From positions 124,001-188,000 of the IMG/VR virus record IMGVR_UViG_3300022744_000022: 64,000 nt of DNA; one strand, given 5' to 3'. The notes beneath the pieces are model-generated. The model did not search any database. It had not been told where the DNA came from and was given only the letters and a program-made list of their open reading frames with translations. How positions within the stretch are numbered: the first letter of the stretch is position 1; each line of letters begins with the position of its first letter. Of the stretch, positions 52,571 through 61,023 are shown piece after piece. Position numbers and translations under genes: made by a program.

Positions 52571-54505
52571 ATGGGACTTAAAAAGTACGTTGTTGAGAAC
52601 CTGATCAGCAACACCACGGAATTTCACCTCTACATCCATGAGGCACACGCTAACGCGAGTGACAGCAACTCAGGTCTAGATCCTAACTTCCCGTTAGCCT
52701 CCTGGGCGGCGGCAGAAGCCAAGACCCCGCTCGACACCAAAGCCCATTTGTTCTGGCACATGGGCCCCCACTCGGGAAGCGGCTACACCCTGACCCCGTG
52801 CCGACAGCGCATCCTACGCAACTGCAACTGGTACATCCTGGGTGACGGCGGCGGAAACGATGCACTGGCCCGTAACGTCTTGACCAGCGGCTCCGTAGCC
52901 AGTTCGGCAGACAATGCAATCTTCATCCCCGTCAGTGTTCCGGCGGCCCACGCTTGGAAGGGTAAGTCGCTGCGTTGGACCTCAGGCGCTAACTCGGGGG
53001 CCGGGTTCGATCAAGAACTGCGAACCATCACATCACAGACGGGTGGCATCATTTTGGCCAACCCGGTCGCGAATACGATCCAACCGGGCGACACCTTCGA
53101 GGTCTTCATCGGGACCACGAACCTGTTGCTGCTCGATAGTAGCGCAAACCCGCCGAGCGCCGACCTAGAACCTATATTCAACGCAACAGGGCTCATCCCG
53201 TCTCAAGCTCCCCGAGATATCAGTGCCCCGCCAACCCCCAACTACGTTTCGCAAGACAACTCTACGGGACGTATCGTTCTAGTGAACGTCAATTTGCTGG
53301 GCACCCTGGCGCTACCCAGCTCGCACTTCTTGGTCATCCGCGAGAGCGCTCTTGTCATGTACGGCGTCACCAACATGACAGGGCTTGGGGACGATACTGG
53401 AGGTTCGTACCAAGGCTTCTATCAAGGGGCGGACATCTTGATGGGGTACGATACGGTGCTCACTTACGTCGGAGCAACATTCTCCGCCAAAAACGGACCC
53501 TTTACAGGTTTGGCCTCAACGGACTCACAGTGGGTGGGCTGGGGACGTGGCCACGGTCACGGAAATCAAGCGGTCAGCCAAGATACCCCTTTCCTACTGT
53601 GTCTCGGTGGAAACCACCGGGGCTTCGTATCCTCACCTTCCTTTGTCATCACCAACGGTAGATTGGGTCTCTATGGGAACTCGATCGTTGAGCCCGGAAG
53701 CATCATGGGCTTTGGGGTATCCGGTTTGGGTGGGGTGCTTGAACTCGGCCTGTTTGCCGGAGGGATTTGGGACTACACAACGATCACTGGCGACGGCCCC
53801 TTGGCGTTGGACCTCAGCTCTGCTGTTAACGCAGGGTTTGATTTGGTGAGCAACTTATCTGGTTCCCCTGCGTTGGAGCTGGGAAGTGGGAGCCACGTCC
53901 TTTGGTTGGGAGGCGACATCACTTGTACCCCCGCCACGGCCAACACCGAAGTAGTGCGCCTCTTAGAGGGGTCGAGCTTCACCACTAGCGCCAATCTTAG
54001 CATCACCGACGGTAATGGAGCGCAAGACGTGATGACCATCGGGGGTATCACCAGGTTGACTCAAATCCCGGGCATAAATTATGCCGATGCAGGGTGCAGG
54101 TGGACCACAGAAGTGGGTACACCTGCTGGGGGTACAATCGCGGACTACTCAGACTCCCGTACCGTCCAGACCACGGACGCCACGGTCACCACTATCCTGA
54201 CCTACACAACCCGTTCAGATCTCAGCGTGATCTCAATTCACGCAACCGTCTGGGGCATCGCAACTGGAACAGGGGACGCCGCCAAGTACGTGATCGAAGC
54301 CACGTTCTACCGCGATGGGTCCAGTGTGGTAACCCAGAAAAACGTGGCCTTCCTCTCGACCTACGAATCGCAAGCCGCTTGGAACGCGAGTTTCACCATC
54401 TCGGGGCAAGACATTTGGATGCAAGTGCAAGGCGACGTTGGAACAGTCGTTGACTGGCGCTGCAAAGCCACCATCGATGAGAGCGTCGGCACGGGTGGTG
54501 CCTAA
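52571..54505 (+). CDS. Tail-fibre/structural-like protein (644 aa)
   Basis: Gly/Ser/Thr-rich, beta-helix-like middle, C-terminal beta-sandwich TTDAT...DWRC. Confidence 0.6.
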   Translation: MGLKKYVVENLISNTTEFHLYIHEAHANASDSNSGLDPNFPLASWAAAEAKTPLDTKAHLFWHMGPHSGSGYTLTPCRQRILRNCNWYILGDGGGNDALARNVLTSGSVASSADNAIFIPVSVPAAHAWKGKSLRWTSGANSGAGFDQELRTITSQTGGIILANPVANTIQPGDTFEVFIGTTNLLLLDSSANPPSADLEPIFNATGLIPSQAPRDISAPPTPNYVSQDNSTGRIVLVNVNLLGTLALPSSHFLVIRESALVMYGVTNMTGLGDDTGGSYQGFYQGADILMGYDTVLTYVGATFSAKNGPFTGLASTDSQWVGWGRGHGHGNQAVSQDTPFLLCLGGNHRGFVSSPSFVITNGRLGLYGNSIVEPGSIMGFGVSGLGGVLELGLFAGGIWDYTTITGDGPLALDLSSAVNAGFDLVSNLSGSPALELGSGSHVLWLGGDITCTPATANTEVVRLLEGSSFTTSANLSITDGNGAQDVMTIGGITRLTQIPGINYADAGCRWTTEVGTPAGGTIADYSDSRTVQTTDATVTTILTYTTRSDLSVISIHATVWGIATGTGDAAKYVIEATFYRDGSSVVTQKNVAFLSTYESQAAWNASFTISGQDIWMQVQGDVGTVVDWRCKATIDESVGTGGA

Positions 54506-54834
54506 TGCAGTAGGCGCTGGACCTCGGTGAAACGCACCGTACCCTCGTGGGTACGGTGCAGGTCCAGGATCACTTTCACGTTGGGCCGTTCGTAGATAGA
54601 AGCGAGGAACGTGGCCTCGTCTTGGATCTGCTTGATCGTCTCCCACGTAATGTTCCCCGCCTCCAGCACTTCCCTGAGCTTCTCAGCGGATGAAAAGCAC
54701 GGGAGGTACAGGTCAGGGCTACCCGGCAGCTTGAGAAAAACGGGCTCTGTCCCGGCCCAAGGAAAGACAGCGCCCGTAAGTGTGATAACACTGGGCTCTC
54801 TACCTGTGGGCTGTGGGCCATCGCCTTCGTTCAC
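54502..54834 (-). CDS. Hypothetical protein (SseB-like?)
   Basis: LPCFSSAEKL pattern; start uncertain. Confidence 0.6.
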   Translation of the reverse strand: MNEGDGPQPTGREPSVITLTGAVFPWAGTEPVFLKLPGSPDLYLPCFSSAEKLREVLEAGNITWETIKQIQDEATFLASIYERPNVKVILDLHRTHEGTVRFTEVQRLLH

Positions 54835-54849
54835 ACTTGCCGCCTTCTC

Positions 54850-55035
54850 GTGATAGCCGTGGATCAAAAAGTTCGCGATCGTAAGACGCTATATCGTAAA
54901 GCCCGCTCATGGGCGCGTCACCATAAAAGCGCTGCAAGCTTCGAGGATTTCATCCGCAGCCGCTGGCCCACAGTAATCGAACGGCTTGGCGAGGTTGAGT
55001 TCCAGCACCTGATCGCCTACGTGTGGAAGCTCTAA
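54850..55035 (+). CDS. Small hypothetical protein
   Basis: 61 aa; start GTG 54850 or 54859. Confidence 0.55.
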   Translation: MIAVDQKVRDRKTLYRKARSWARHHKSAASFEDFIRSRWPTVIERLGEVEFQHLIAYVWKL

Positions 55036-55427
55036 CGTTTGGGGAGCGCTGCAACAAGAACCCGAAGGGCCTCACGGGCCCGCTTCCCGGGCTTGAGCCC
55101 CAGCTCGGTATCCTCGAAGTCTTCGATGAACTCCCCGCAAGGACGATCTGGGAAGAACCCGATCGCCACATAGGACTCGGGATCCGCGTAGAACTGAACC
55201 GCGTGGATCAGGAGCCCTTGTTGATCCGCCACGATCGTGTGGACCAACGCTGCATCGAGCGCCCTGATTTCGCTCAACAGGCCTTTGCACAAGGTTCTGA
55301 GCCCGCTGGTCCGAACCCCTGCGGTCCTCAGCCCTAAAGCGTCCTGGAGGGCCTTGTACCGTTGATCACGCAACGCCTGAAGCACCTGAACGTGCTTCGA
55401 TTGCGGACCGGCAGTCGTGTCCCCCAT
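55032..55427 (-). CDS. Hypothetical protein
   Basis: Start ATG 55427 after GAGG. Confidence 0.7.
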   Translation of the reverse strand: MGDTTAGPQSKHVQVLQALRDQRYKALQDALGLRTAGVRTSGLRTLCKGLLSEIRALDAALVHTIVADQQGLLIHAVQFYADPESYVAIGFFPDRPCGEFIEDFEDTELGLKPGKRAREALRVLVAALPKR

Positions 55428-55440
55428 GGCGGTACCTCGC

Positions 55441-55731
55441 TTATGCTTTTGGAATGAAGCTTTCCACGTCAAGCATTTGGATGTCTTCCACTGAGGCCAA
55501 ACCGAGCTGAACCAGTGAGCCTTCGATGAACCCAAGCCAACGTGCGGCTCGCTCCAAACGACCTTGCTCCAGCACGCTTCGCGTTTCAGCGATCATCCAC
55601 CGCAGGTGGCTCGCTTCTCCCAAGATAGGGATCACGGCATCGGGCTTCCGAGAAACAGTGGCGCTAGGGAACGTCGCGATTAACCGCGAGTCGTAGTGGT
55701 CCAGAAGGCGGCGGATGTGAGGGGCGTTCAT
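55441..55731 (-). CDS. Hypothetical protein
   Basis: HLRWM...KAARWLGFI-like phage family pattern; GGTGTA 10 nt upstream. Confidence 0.7.
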   Translation of the reverse strand: MNAPHIRRLLDHYDSRLIATFPSATVSRKPDAVIPILGEASHLRWMIAETRSVLEQGRLERAARWLGFIEGSLVQLGLASVEDIQMLDVESFIPKA

Positions 55732-55964
55732 GGTTTGCCCTTACACCGTCGCAGCCACTGATCGACCCAGAGTGTCCACCGTGTCAGGCGCGAGAGATCC
55801 CCGTGGGCTTGCAGCCACTTGGCATTCTCGACGTGGTACACCCACACCCAGGGCAACCAGATCGTGAAGAAAAAAGCCACGACGCCCAGGCAACCAAGCA
55901 GGATAAGGGCACCGCCGAACGCTTCCATCAACTTAGCTCTGTCCACCGGCGGCCCTCCAGGCAT
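55728..55964 (-). CDS. Small membrane protein
   Basis: One TM; start ATG 55964. Confidence 0.6.
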   Translation of the reverse strand: MPGGPPVDRAKLMEAFGGALILLGCLGVVAFFFTIWLPWVWVYHVENAKWLQAHGDLSRLTRWTLWVDQWLRRCKGKP

Positions 55965-56118
55965 CCCGAGCCATCGCGACGAAGCCTTCGGCAGTGATGT
56001 CCGCTTCGGTTTCAGCGAACCGGACGATACCGCGAAGCGCTTCAAGGACTGCCTCAGCAGGCGGGCATTCCGAATTGAGCAACGCGGCCTCGACCTCTTG
56101 GTACACGGGATGCGCCAT
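55933..56118 (-). CDS. Small helical protein
   Basis: GGTGTA 9 nt before ATG 56118. Confidence 0.65.
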   Translation of the reverse strand: MAHPVYQEVEAALLNSECPPAEAVLEALRGIVRFAETEADITAEGFVAMARDAWRAAGGQS

Positions 56119-56142
56119 CCCCTGCACTACACCAACCCGTAA

Positions 56143-56688
56143 TCAGTCCCCGCTGGATCCGCCACTGCCCCCGTCGTAACCCCCACCGCCGCTATCGTGA
56201 GACGAATAGGACGACGAATCGTGGGAGTGGCTTGGGGTGTCGTGGTGATAGGACGGTTCATGATGATGCACCGCCGGAGTATGCGGCGCAGGCTCGTAAT
56301 GGTGGTGCGTCGCGACAGGGTGCTGCCGCACAGGTTCAGGGTCGTTAGAGAAGGCACTGAGGGGCACCAAATCCACCGCATCGGGCAGCGAATAGGGCAA
56401 CGGATCCTCGACTGGTTGTGCCAGAGGCCGCGCCGACGAGTACAAGGGCTTTGAGGGTCTCGCCCTCTGTACACTCAAAGCTAGCGTAAGAGCTTGCGGA
56501 GTCCCCGAAGGCCGAACTGCGAAAGAGCTGCCCTGATCTTCGTCCTGATCCTCGTCCCCCTCCGCAGGATCTTCCGTGAAGGGTTGCTCAAGGTTGCGTC
56601 GGCGAGTCCGCTGATACAGCGCAAACCCGCCAAAGATTACGGTCACTAGAGTTACGAGTAGAACGACGTTTTCCATCAAGCCCCTCAA
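56143..56688 (-). CDS. TM protein with His-rich and Ser/Gly/Asp-rich tail
   Basis: N-terminal TM; HHHYEP..SSHDSGGGGYDGGSGGSSGD. Confidence 0.75.
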   Translation of the reverse strand: MRGLMENVVLLVTLVTVIFGGFALYQRTRRRNLEQPFTEDPAEGDEDQDEDQGSSFAVRPSGTPQALTLALSVQRARPSKPLYSSARPLAQPVEDPLPYSLPDAVDLVPLSAFSNDPEPVRQHPVATHHHYEPAPHTPAVHHHEPSYHHDTPSHSHDSSSYSSHDSGGGGYDGGSGGSSGD

Positions 56689-56870
56689 TCAAGATCAATG
56701 TCGATATCTGAGACTGCATCCGCGACGGCTTCGATTACAGCCACCGCACCATCCGCCACAACGTCCGCCCCCAGGTCAGCGGCCACGGAATTCTTGGACG
56801 AACGCCTGGTACTGGCGATCAAGATCCAGGTCACTACGCCAATGCCGAGAAGCCACCACACCCACGCCAT
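56685..56870 (-). CDS. Small TM protein with acidic tail
   Basis: 61 aa. Confidence 0.7.
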   Translation of the reverse strand: MAWVWWLLGIGVVTWILIASTRRSSKNSVAADLGADVVADGAVAVIEAVADAVSDIDIDLD

Positions 56871-56879
56871 AGCCTAACC

Positions 56880-57569
56880 TCAACGTTGCAAGAACGGTTG
56901 CAGTGCTGCGAGGCGCTGGAACATCTCAGCCTCACGTTTCTCAATCCCATGGTAGTGCTCACGCCACTTCTTGGACAGAGCCTCATACAGCTCTTGGTCA
57001 CGAGCATCGCCAGCCTTCCGCATCTCGGCGGACATCAAGTTGTCAGCCTCGTGCTCAGCTTTCCGCTCTACCGTCCAGTAGCGATAGAGCGCTTGAGCTT
57101 CATCGTAACGAGCCTTGTCCTCTGCGTACCAGGGCTCCGCCTTATCCTCATCGGTGAAACCCCTGAGTGCCGGATCCTTGGGCTTTTCCTGCTCGATGTA
57201 GAGCATGAGCGCTTTCCAGGATGCGAGCCACATGACAGCGGAAGGGAGCAAGTGATCGTACTCGTACGGCCACAGGTTATCCACACCCCTCAGGTCCACC
57301 AAATGGTCCCGGTAGATCCAACGCGACTTGAACCGACGAAACCGATGCCCCGCGAAGCTGGCTTGAAGGGAGAGCCACTTCCCGACTCGCTCAGACAGGA
57401 AGTAACGGACCGGGTACTCTCGCTTCACCCGTTCATCCCAGTCTTCCCACGTCGGACCTTCTTGGAACGGCGTCAGTCTGCGACACCCGAGGGCGTCACA
57501 ATCGGACATCCCGAGCGCTTGAGGGCCCGGGACTTCGAGCAGCTTGCGAATCTTGAGGCGAAGACTCAT
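56880..57569 (-). CDS. Hypothetical protein
   Basis: Start moved to ATG 57569 (GGTGTA 11 nt upstream). Confidence 0.75.
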   Translation of the reverse strand: MSLRLKIRKLLEVPGPQALGMSDCDALGCRRLTPFQEGPTWEDWDERVKREYPVRYFLSERVGKWLSLQASFAGHRFRRFKSRWIYRDHLVDLRGVDNLWPYEYDHLLPSAVMWLASWKALMLYIEQEKPKDPALRGFTDEDKAEPWYAEDKARYDEAQALYRYWTVERKAEHEADNLMSAEMRKAGDARDQELYEALSKKWREHYHGIEKREAEMFQRLAALQPFLQR

Positions 57570-57591
57570 TGGCCCCTTTGTACACCGAAAG

Positions 57592-57617
57592 CTAGAAGTT
57601 TTCTGCCAGTTGGTGTA
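57592..57617 (+). promoter_or_regulatory. CTAGAAGT-N12-GGTGTA promoter, back-to-back with a minus-strand copy at 57581-57586
   Basis: Divergent intergenic region of 62 nt. Confidence 0.6.
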
Positions 57618-57631
57618 ATGTTTATTCAGCC

Positions 57632-58408
57632 ATGACTTTGACTCGCCACGACTGGGACATGCTCTTGATTGCTCAAGATGCCGACGTGCGTCTTGAGGCG
57701 ATTCAGCAAGAGGGCCTTCTCCAGGCCACATTCCCGGCATTACAGACTCTTGTGGGCTTTGGGGGCCAGGATTCCGGGCATAAAGACCTCTGGGCACACA
57801 CCAAGCAAGTGGTGATCCAAACGGTCCCTCAGGTGTTGTGTCGGTGGGCAGCCCTGTTTCACGATGTAGGGAAGCCACAGTCGTTCACTCGCGTGGACGG
57901 TAAGATCGCCTTCCACCATCACGAGGAAACGTCGGCTCGCATTTTCAAGCGGGTTGCACGTGAAACCGCGCTATTTCAGCCCGGAGAGCTTGACGAGATC
58001 ACGTTCGTGATCCGGCATTTGGGGCATGTAGAGGCCTACGAGTCTGATTGGACCGATTCGGCGATCCGGCGGCTCACCCGCGAACTCGGTACCCACCTTG
58101 ATTCTGTGTTTGCGGTGGCAAGGGCGGACTGCACAACTGCCCGACCTGAGAAGCGGCAACGGCAGCTCAAGCGAGTTCACGAGCTTCGGACGCGCATCGA
58201 CACTCTTGCGGCCTTGGACGCAGTGCCACCGGCGCTCCCCACGGGGCTTGGGGACGTGCTGATGCAGCGGTTGGGCATGCAGCCCGGCCCCGAGTTTGGA
58301 GCCGTCATGCGGGGGCTCAAGGCCCGTGTCGAGGCTGGGGAACTGCCCCGCAACGCGGACTTTGAAGTTTACCTCGCGACCTTGGACAAGCAACGTGGCG
58401 GACTCTAG
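57632..58408 (+). CDS. HD-domain protein resembling the C-terminal half of class II CCA enzymes
   Basis: GHKDLWAHT, AALFHDVGK, FHHHE, G..PGP.FG. Confidence 0.85.
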   Translation: MTLTRHDWDMLLIAQDADVRLEAIQQEGLLQATFPALQTLVGFGGQDSGHKDLWAHTKQVVIQTVPQVLCRWAALFHDVGKPQSFTRVDGKIAFHHHEETSARIFKRVARETALFQPGELDEITFVIRHLGHVEAYESDWTDSAIRRLTRELGTHLDSVFAVARADCTTARPEKRQRQLKRVHELRTRIDTLAALDAVPPALPTGLGDVLMQRLGMQPGPEFGAVMRGLKARVEAGELPRNADFEVYLATLDKQRGGL

Positions 58409-58733
58409 GCACTGGCGTCGTATTGGACGCAACCTGATCTTCCGCGTGATCCTTGATCGACGGGACTTCGCGTGGGAGTCCCGCATGACTGTCCGGGGCT
58501 GGCTCCGCACGTGGGCGGCCCCGGACATCACGCTCTTGGGCTGGCCCGGGAAACGGTTCTGGCACGCCCACCTACGGTACCGGCTTCTCTACGGTGATGC
58601 AGATTGGCAGCACCACCGAGAGTACGCTCAGAAGCGTCACGCCGAGTGGGTTCAGAAGGCCAAGCCTCTGGAGCTACGGCGCAACGGCCTGGGATCGCTC
58701 TACGTGCATGCCCCTCAAGACGACGCCCGCTAA
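58395..58733 (+). CDS. Hypothetical Trp/Arg-rich protein
   Basis: Start GTG 58395 or ATG 58485. Confidence 0.5.
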   Translation: MADSRHWRRIGRNLIFRVILDRRDFAWESRMTVRGWLRTWAAPDITLLGWPGKRFWHAHLRYRLLYGDADWQHHREYAQKRHAEWVQKAKPLELRRNGLGSLYVHAPQDDAR

Positions 58734-58918
58734 CCGTTCGTGAAGCGCTTCCAGAGTGTCTGGGGCTGTACGCCGACCGCTTCGGCGTCGTTTGGTCCTG
58801 GGGTTGGGATCAAACGCCCGTGCTCGATGGCGAGGTAGACCACCTTACCGCTGGGATCCAGGGTGCAGAGGCGATCTTCCTCATCGACGTACAGGTTCAA
58901 CACTCGTAGCTCGGGCAT
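58730..58918 (-). CDS. Small hypothetical protein
   Basis: 62 aa. Confidence 0.6.
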   Translation of the reverse strand: MPELRVLNLYVDEEDRLCTLDPSGKVVYLAIEHGRLIPTPGPNDAEAVGVQPQTLWKRFTNG

Positions 58919-59522
58919 GCTCTTGCGCTACACCATCGGCCATGGCCTGCGCTTGGAAGAAAGCCCGCTTCTTAGCACAAGAGGTGCCTTCCAAGGGACA
59001 TGTAGGTCCCGTTCGCTTAGCCCAATTACAATTTGCGCACAAAGTCTGAAAGCCTGGGGGAAATTTCTGCGCCACCAACCAAGAAAAAATCTGCGTGACT
59101 TTCTTACGGTGCTCTCTACCCCCACCGGCTACATGATCAATTTGCAGTAACCTCTCTTCTGGCTCTCCACAACAAGCACAAGCCTTCCCGTAATGTGCAA
59201 AGCATGCTAAACGGTCACGTTCGTAACGAGCTGTGGCCCAACGTCGAGCAGCAAATCGGTGATCCGCGTAATACCTGTTGTTGTAGTCAAAACACCTAGG
59301 GCATTTCCGATACCCCTCTTTGACTGGACGCCCGCACTCGCAAATCCCGCGATCCCGTAGTTTCTTCTTGCGGTTAGCCCGGTATTCATTCTGGACCAGA
59401 TTACAAGGGTCACAATGATTCTTGGATACGCCCGGCTGAAATGGCTGGCGGCACTTCATACAGAGCCCCGCCTCTTTGAAGCGTTTTCTACGTGCCTTCT
59501 CTGCTTCAGATGCGGCTGACAT
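58881..59522 (-). CDS. HNH endonuclease with N-terminal zinc fingers (homing-type)
   Basis: CACCGE...LQIDH..GGG...FQTLCANCN; more A/T-rich than its neighbours. Confidence 0.85.
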   Translation of the reverse strand: MSAASEAEKARRKRFKEAGLCMKCRQPFQPGVSKNHCDPCNLVQNEYRANRKKKLRDRGICECGRPVKEGYRKCPRCFDYNNRYYADHRFAARRWATARYERDRLACFAHYGKACACCGEPEERLLQIDHVAGGGREHRKKVTQIFSWLVAQKFPPGFQTLCANCNWAKRTGPTCPLEGTSCAKKRAFFQAQAMADGVAQEHARATSVEPVRR

Positions 59523-60063
59523 TCTCCTGAAGCATCTTTATAAATAGTTCCCCCTGTTCCTGTGCATCGGACAGGGCGACATGGGTATGGGGGTTCTTGG
59601 AAAACCAACGCTTGGGCATGTTCCGCTTAGTAGCCTTTCGGAAGTCGCTCTTGAGCATGCACATGGCGAACGTCTTGATGTCTAGGCCGGAGAACGAGAA
59701 GGGGCTCTCGCCCGCGAACCTGATCAAGTACCAGTACACGAACATGAAGTCGTACGTGGCGGGGTACCCGACGAACACAGGCTTGCCAGGAAGGCCCTTG
59801 AGCCACTCTAGGTAGCCCTTCATGGCATCCACGGGGGTCACAAGGCCTTGACGGCACGCTGCCCAAGCCTCGGGCTGCCCCGCCCACCATTCGGCGGTTT
59901 TGGGGTCTGCGGAGGCCCCTGGTAGCGTTTCTAGATTCCGCGTGAAGGTGTCGAGCAACGTGCCCTCTGACGAGAAGGCAGCGGATCCGAAGCTCAGCAT
60001 CGAGTTGGGGCCGGGGATTGGGCCGTCGGATTTAATGTCTGTGGAGACGTAGATTTCTTGCAT
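59506..60063 (-). CDS. DEDDh 3'-5' exoribonuclease-like protein; first motif reads DIK
   Basis: [27 protein letters not shown]. Confidence 0.85.
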   Translation of the reverse strand: MQEIYVSTDIKSDGPIPGPNSMLSFGSAAFSSEGTLLDTFTRNLETLPGASADPKTAEWWAGQPEAWAACRQGLVTPVDAMKGYLEWLKGLPGKPVFVGYPATYDFMFVYWYLIRFAGESPFSFSGLDIKTFAMCMLKSDFRKATKRNMPKRWFSKNPHTHVALSDAQEQGELFIKMLQENVSRI

Positions 60064-60072
60064 CCTGGCCGC

Positions 60073-60089
60073 TACACCAAGCCGGTGTA
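60073..60089. promoter_or_regulatory. Back-to-back GGTGTA pair between divergent genes
   Basis: TACACC-AAGCC-GGTGTA; 9 and 10 nt from the two starts. Confidence 0.7.
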
Positions 60090-60099
60090 CTCTGCCCGG

Positions 60100-60522
60100 G
60101 TGCTCATCAACCTACTCGGCCCGATCATCCTTGCACCGTACGCGGATCGGGATGAACTCAGCTTCTTGACCAAGGACACGCGCCCTAAGGGCCTCGTGAC
60201 TGTGATCCACGACGGCCTTGTGTACAAACAGCAAGGGGGCGAGCGGCAGGTCTTGGTTGAGGCGTACTGGCAAGTCCAAGAAGGTGTGATCCGAACCGCA
60301 ATCCCGCTCAACCAAGCCTGTGGGCATAAGTTCTACTGTGGACACGTCTGGACCTCAGAACACGGCGAGTTCAACGTCAACAACCGCATCGTCTCAGTGT
60401 GCCTCAATGACGACATCTTGATCGTTACCCCTACGGGCGGGCAACCGCTGATGCTTGACCTTGGGCTAAAGATGGAAATCACGCAGGAAAAGCGAACCCT
60501 CTGGGATCTCTTGGCTGACTAG
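60100..60522 (+). CDS. Hypothetical protein ending [10 protein letters not shown]
   Basis: Start moved to GTG 60100. Confidence 0.7.
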   Translation: MLINLLGPIILAPYADRDELSFLTKDTRPKGLVTVIHDGLVYKQQGGERQVLVEAYWQVQEGVIRTAIPLNQACGHKFYCGHVWTSEHGEFNVNNRIVSVCLNDDILIVTPTGGQPLMLDLGLKMEITQEKRTLWDLLAD

Positions 60523-60544
60523 GACGCCTGGTGTATAGAGCGCC

Positions 60545-60925
60545 ATGCCAGATATCAATCCAGGGATCCGCCTTACCGTCGGGATGTTGAACGCAGCCGG
60601 ACACAAAACCACTGACTCGGGGGATGGCGAAACCCGCGACTTCACGTGCGATCGTGAAAAACCCTACGTGGTCGTGGTTTCGACCCCCGAGCGCCTCGTT
60701 CAAGAAGCTCAAGAGATCGTCCAACTCTTGAAGGCCAACGGGATCTTGGTTTCGCCCATCGGGGACGACGAAGCCGGTGGCGTACAAATCCAAGCTACCT
60801 ACGACCCCAGCATGGGGCAGGAACACGGCGCAGCACTGATCGATCTTTCCGGGATTCACGACCGGATGCTGCCGCCGGTCATCATTTTCATGGGGCCCTG
60901 CGTGCCCTTTTGCACAGGCAGTTGA
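60545..60925 (+). CDS. Hypothetical protein
   Basis: TTDSGDG..PYV; GGTGTA 9 nt upstream. Confidence 0.75.
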   Translation: MPDINPGIRLTVGMLNAAGHKTTDSGDGETRDFTCDREKPYVVVVSTPERLVQEAQEIVQLLKANGILVSPIGDDEAGGVQIQATYDPSMGQEHGAALIDLSGIHDRMLPPVIIFMGPCVPFCTGS

Positions 60926-61023
60926 AAACAAGCCTTGCGCCCTTCTCGGTCGGTGTAGTAGAACCGGGTGTCCTTGAATCGGTGTAGTAAGGGGACCCGG
61001 ACTACCCGGCGAGAAAGAGTCGA

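Noticed and set aside
1557-60986. GGTG as a Shine-Dalgarno variant
   Set aside because: It is too far from the start for that anti-SD register, is followed by TA rather than AT, is concentrated at operon heads, and co-occurs with a true SD where leaders are longer.
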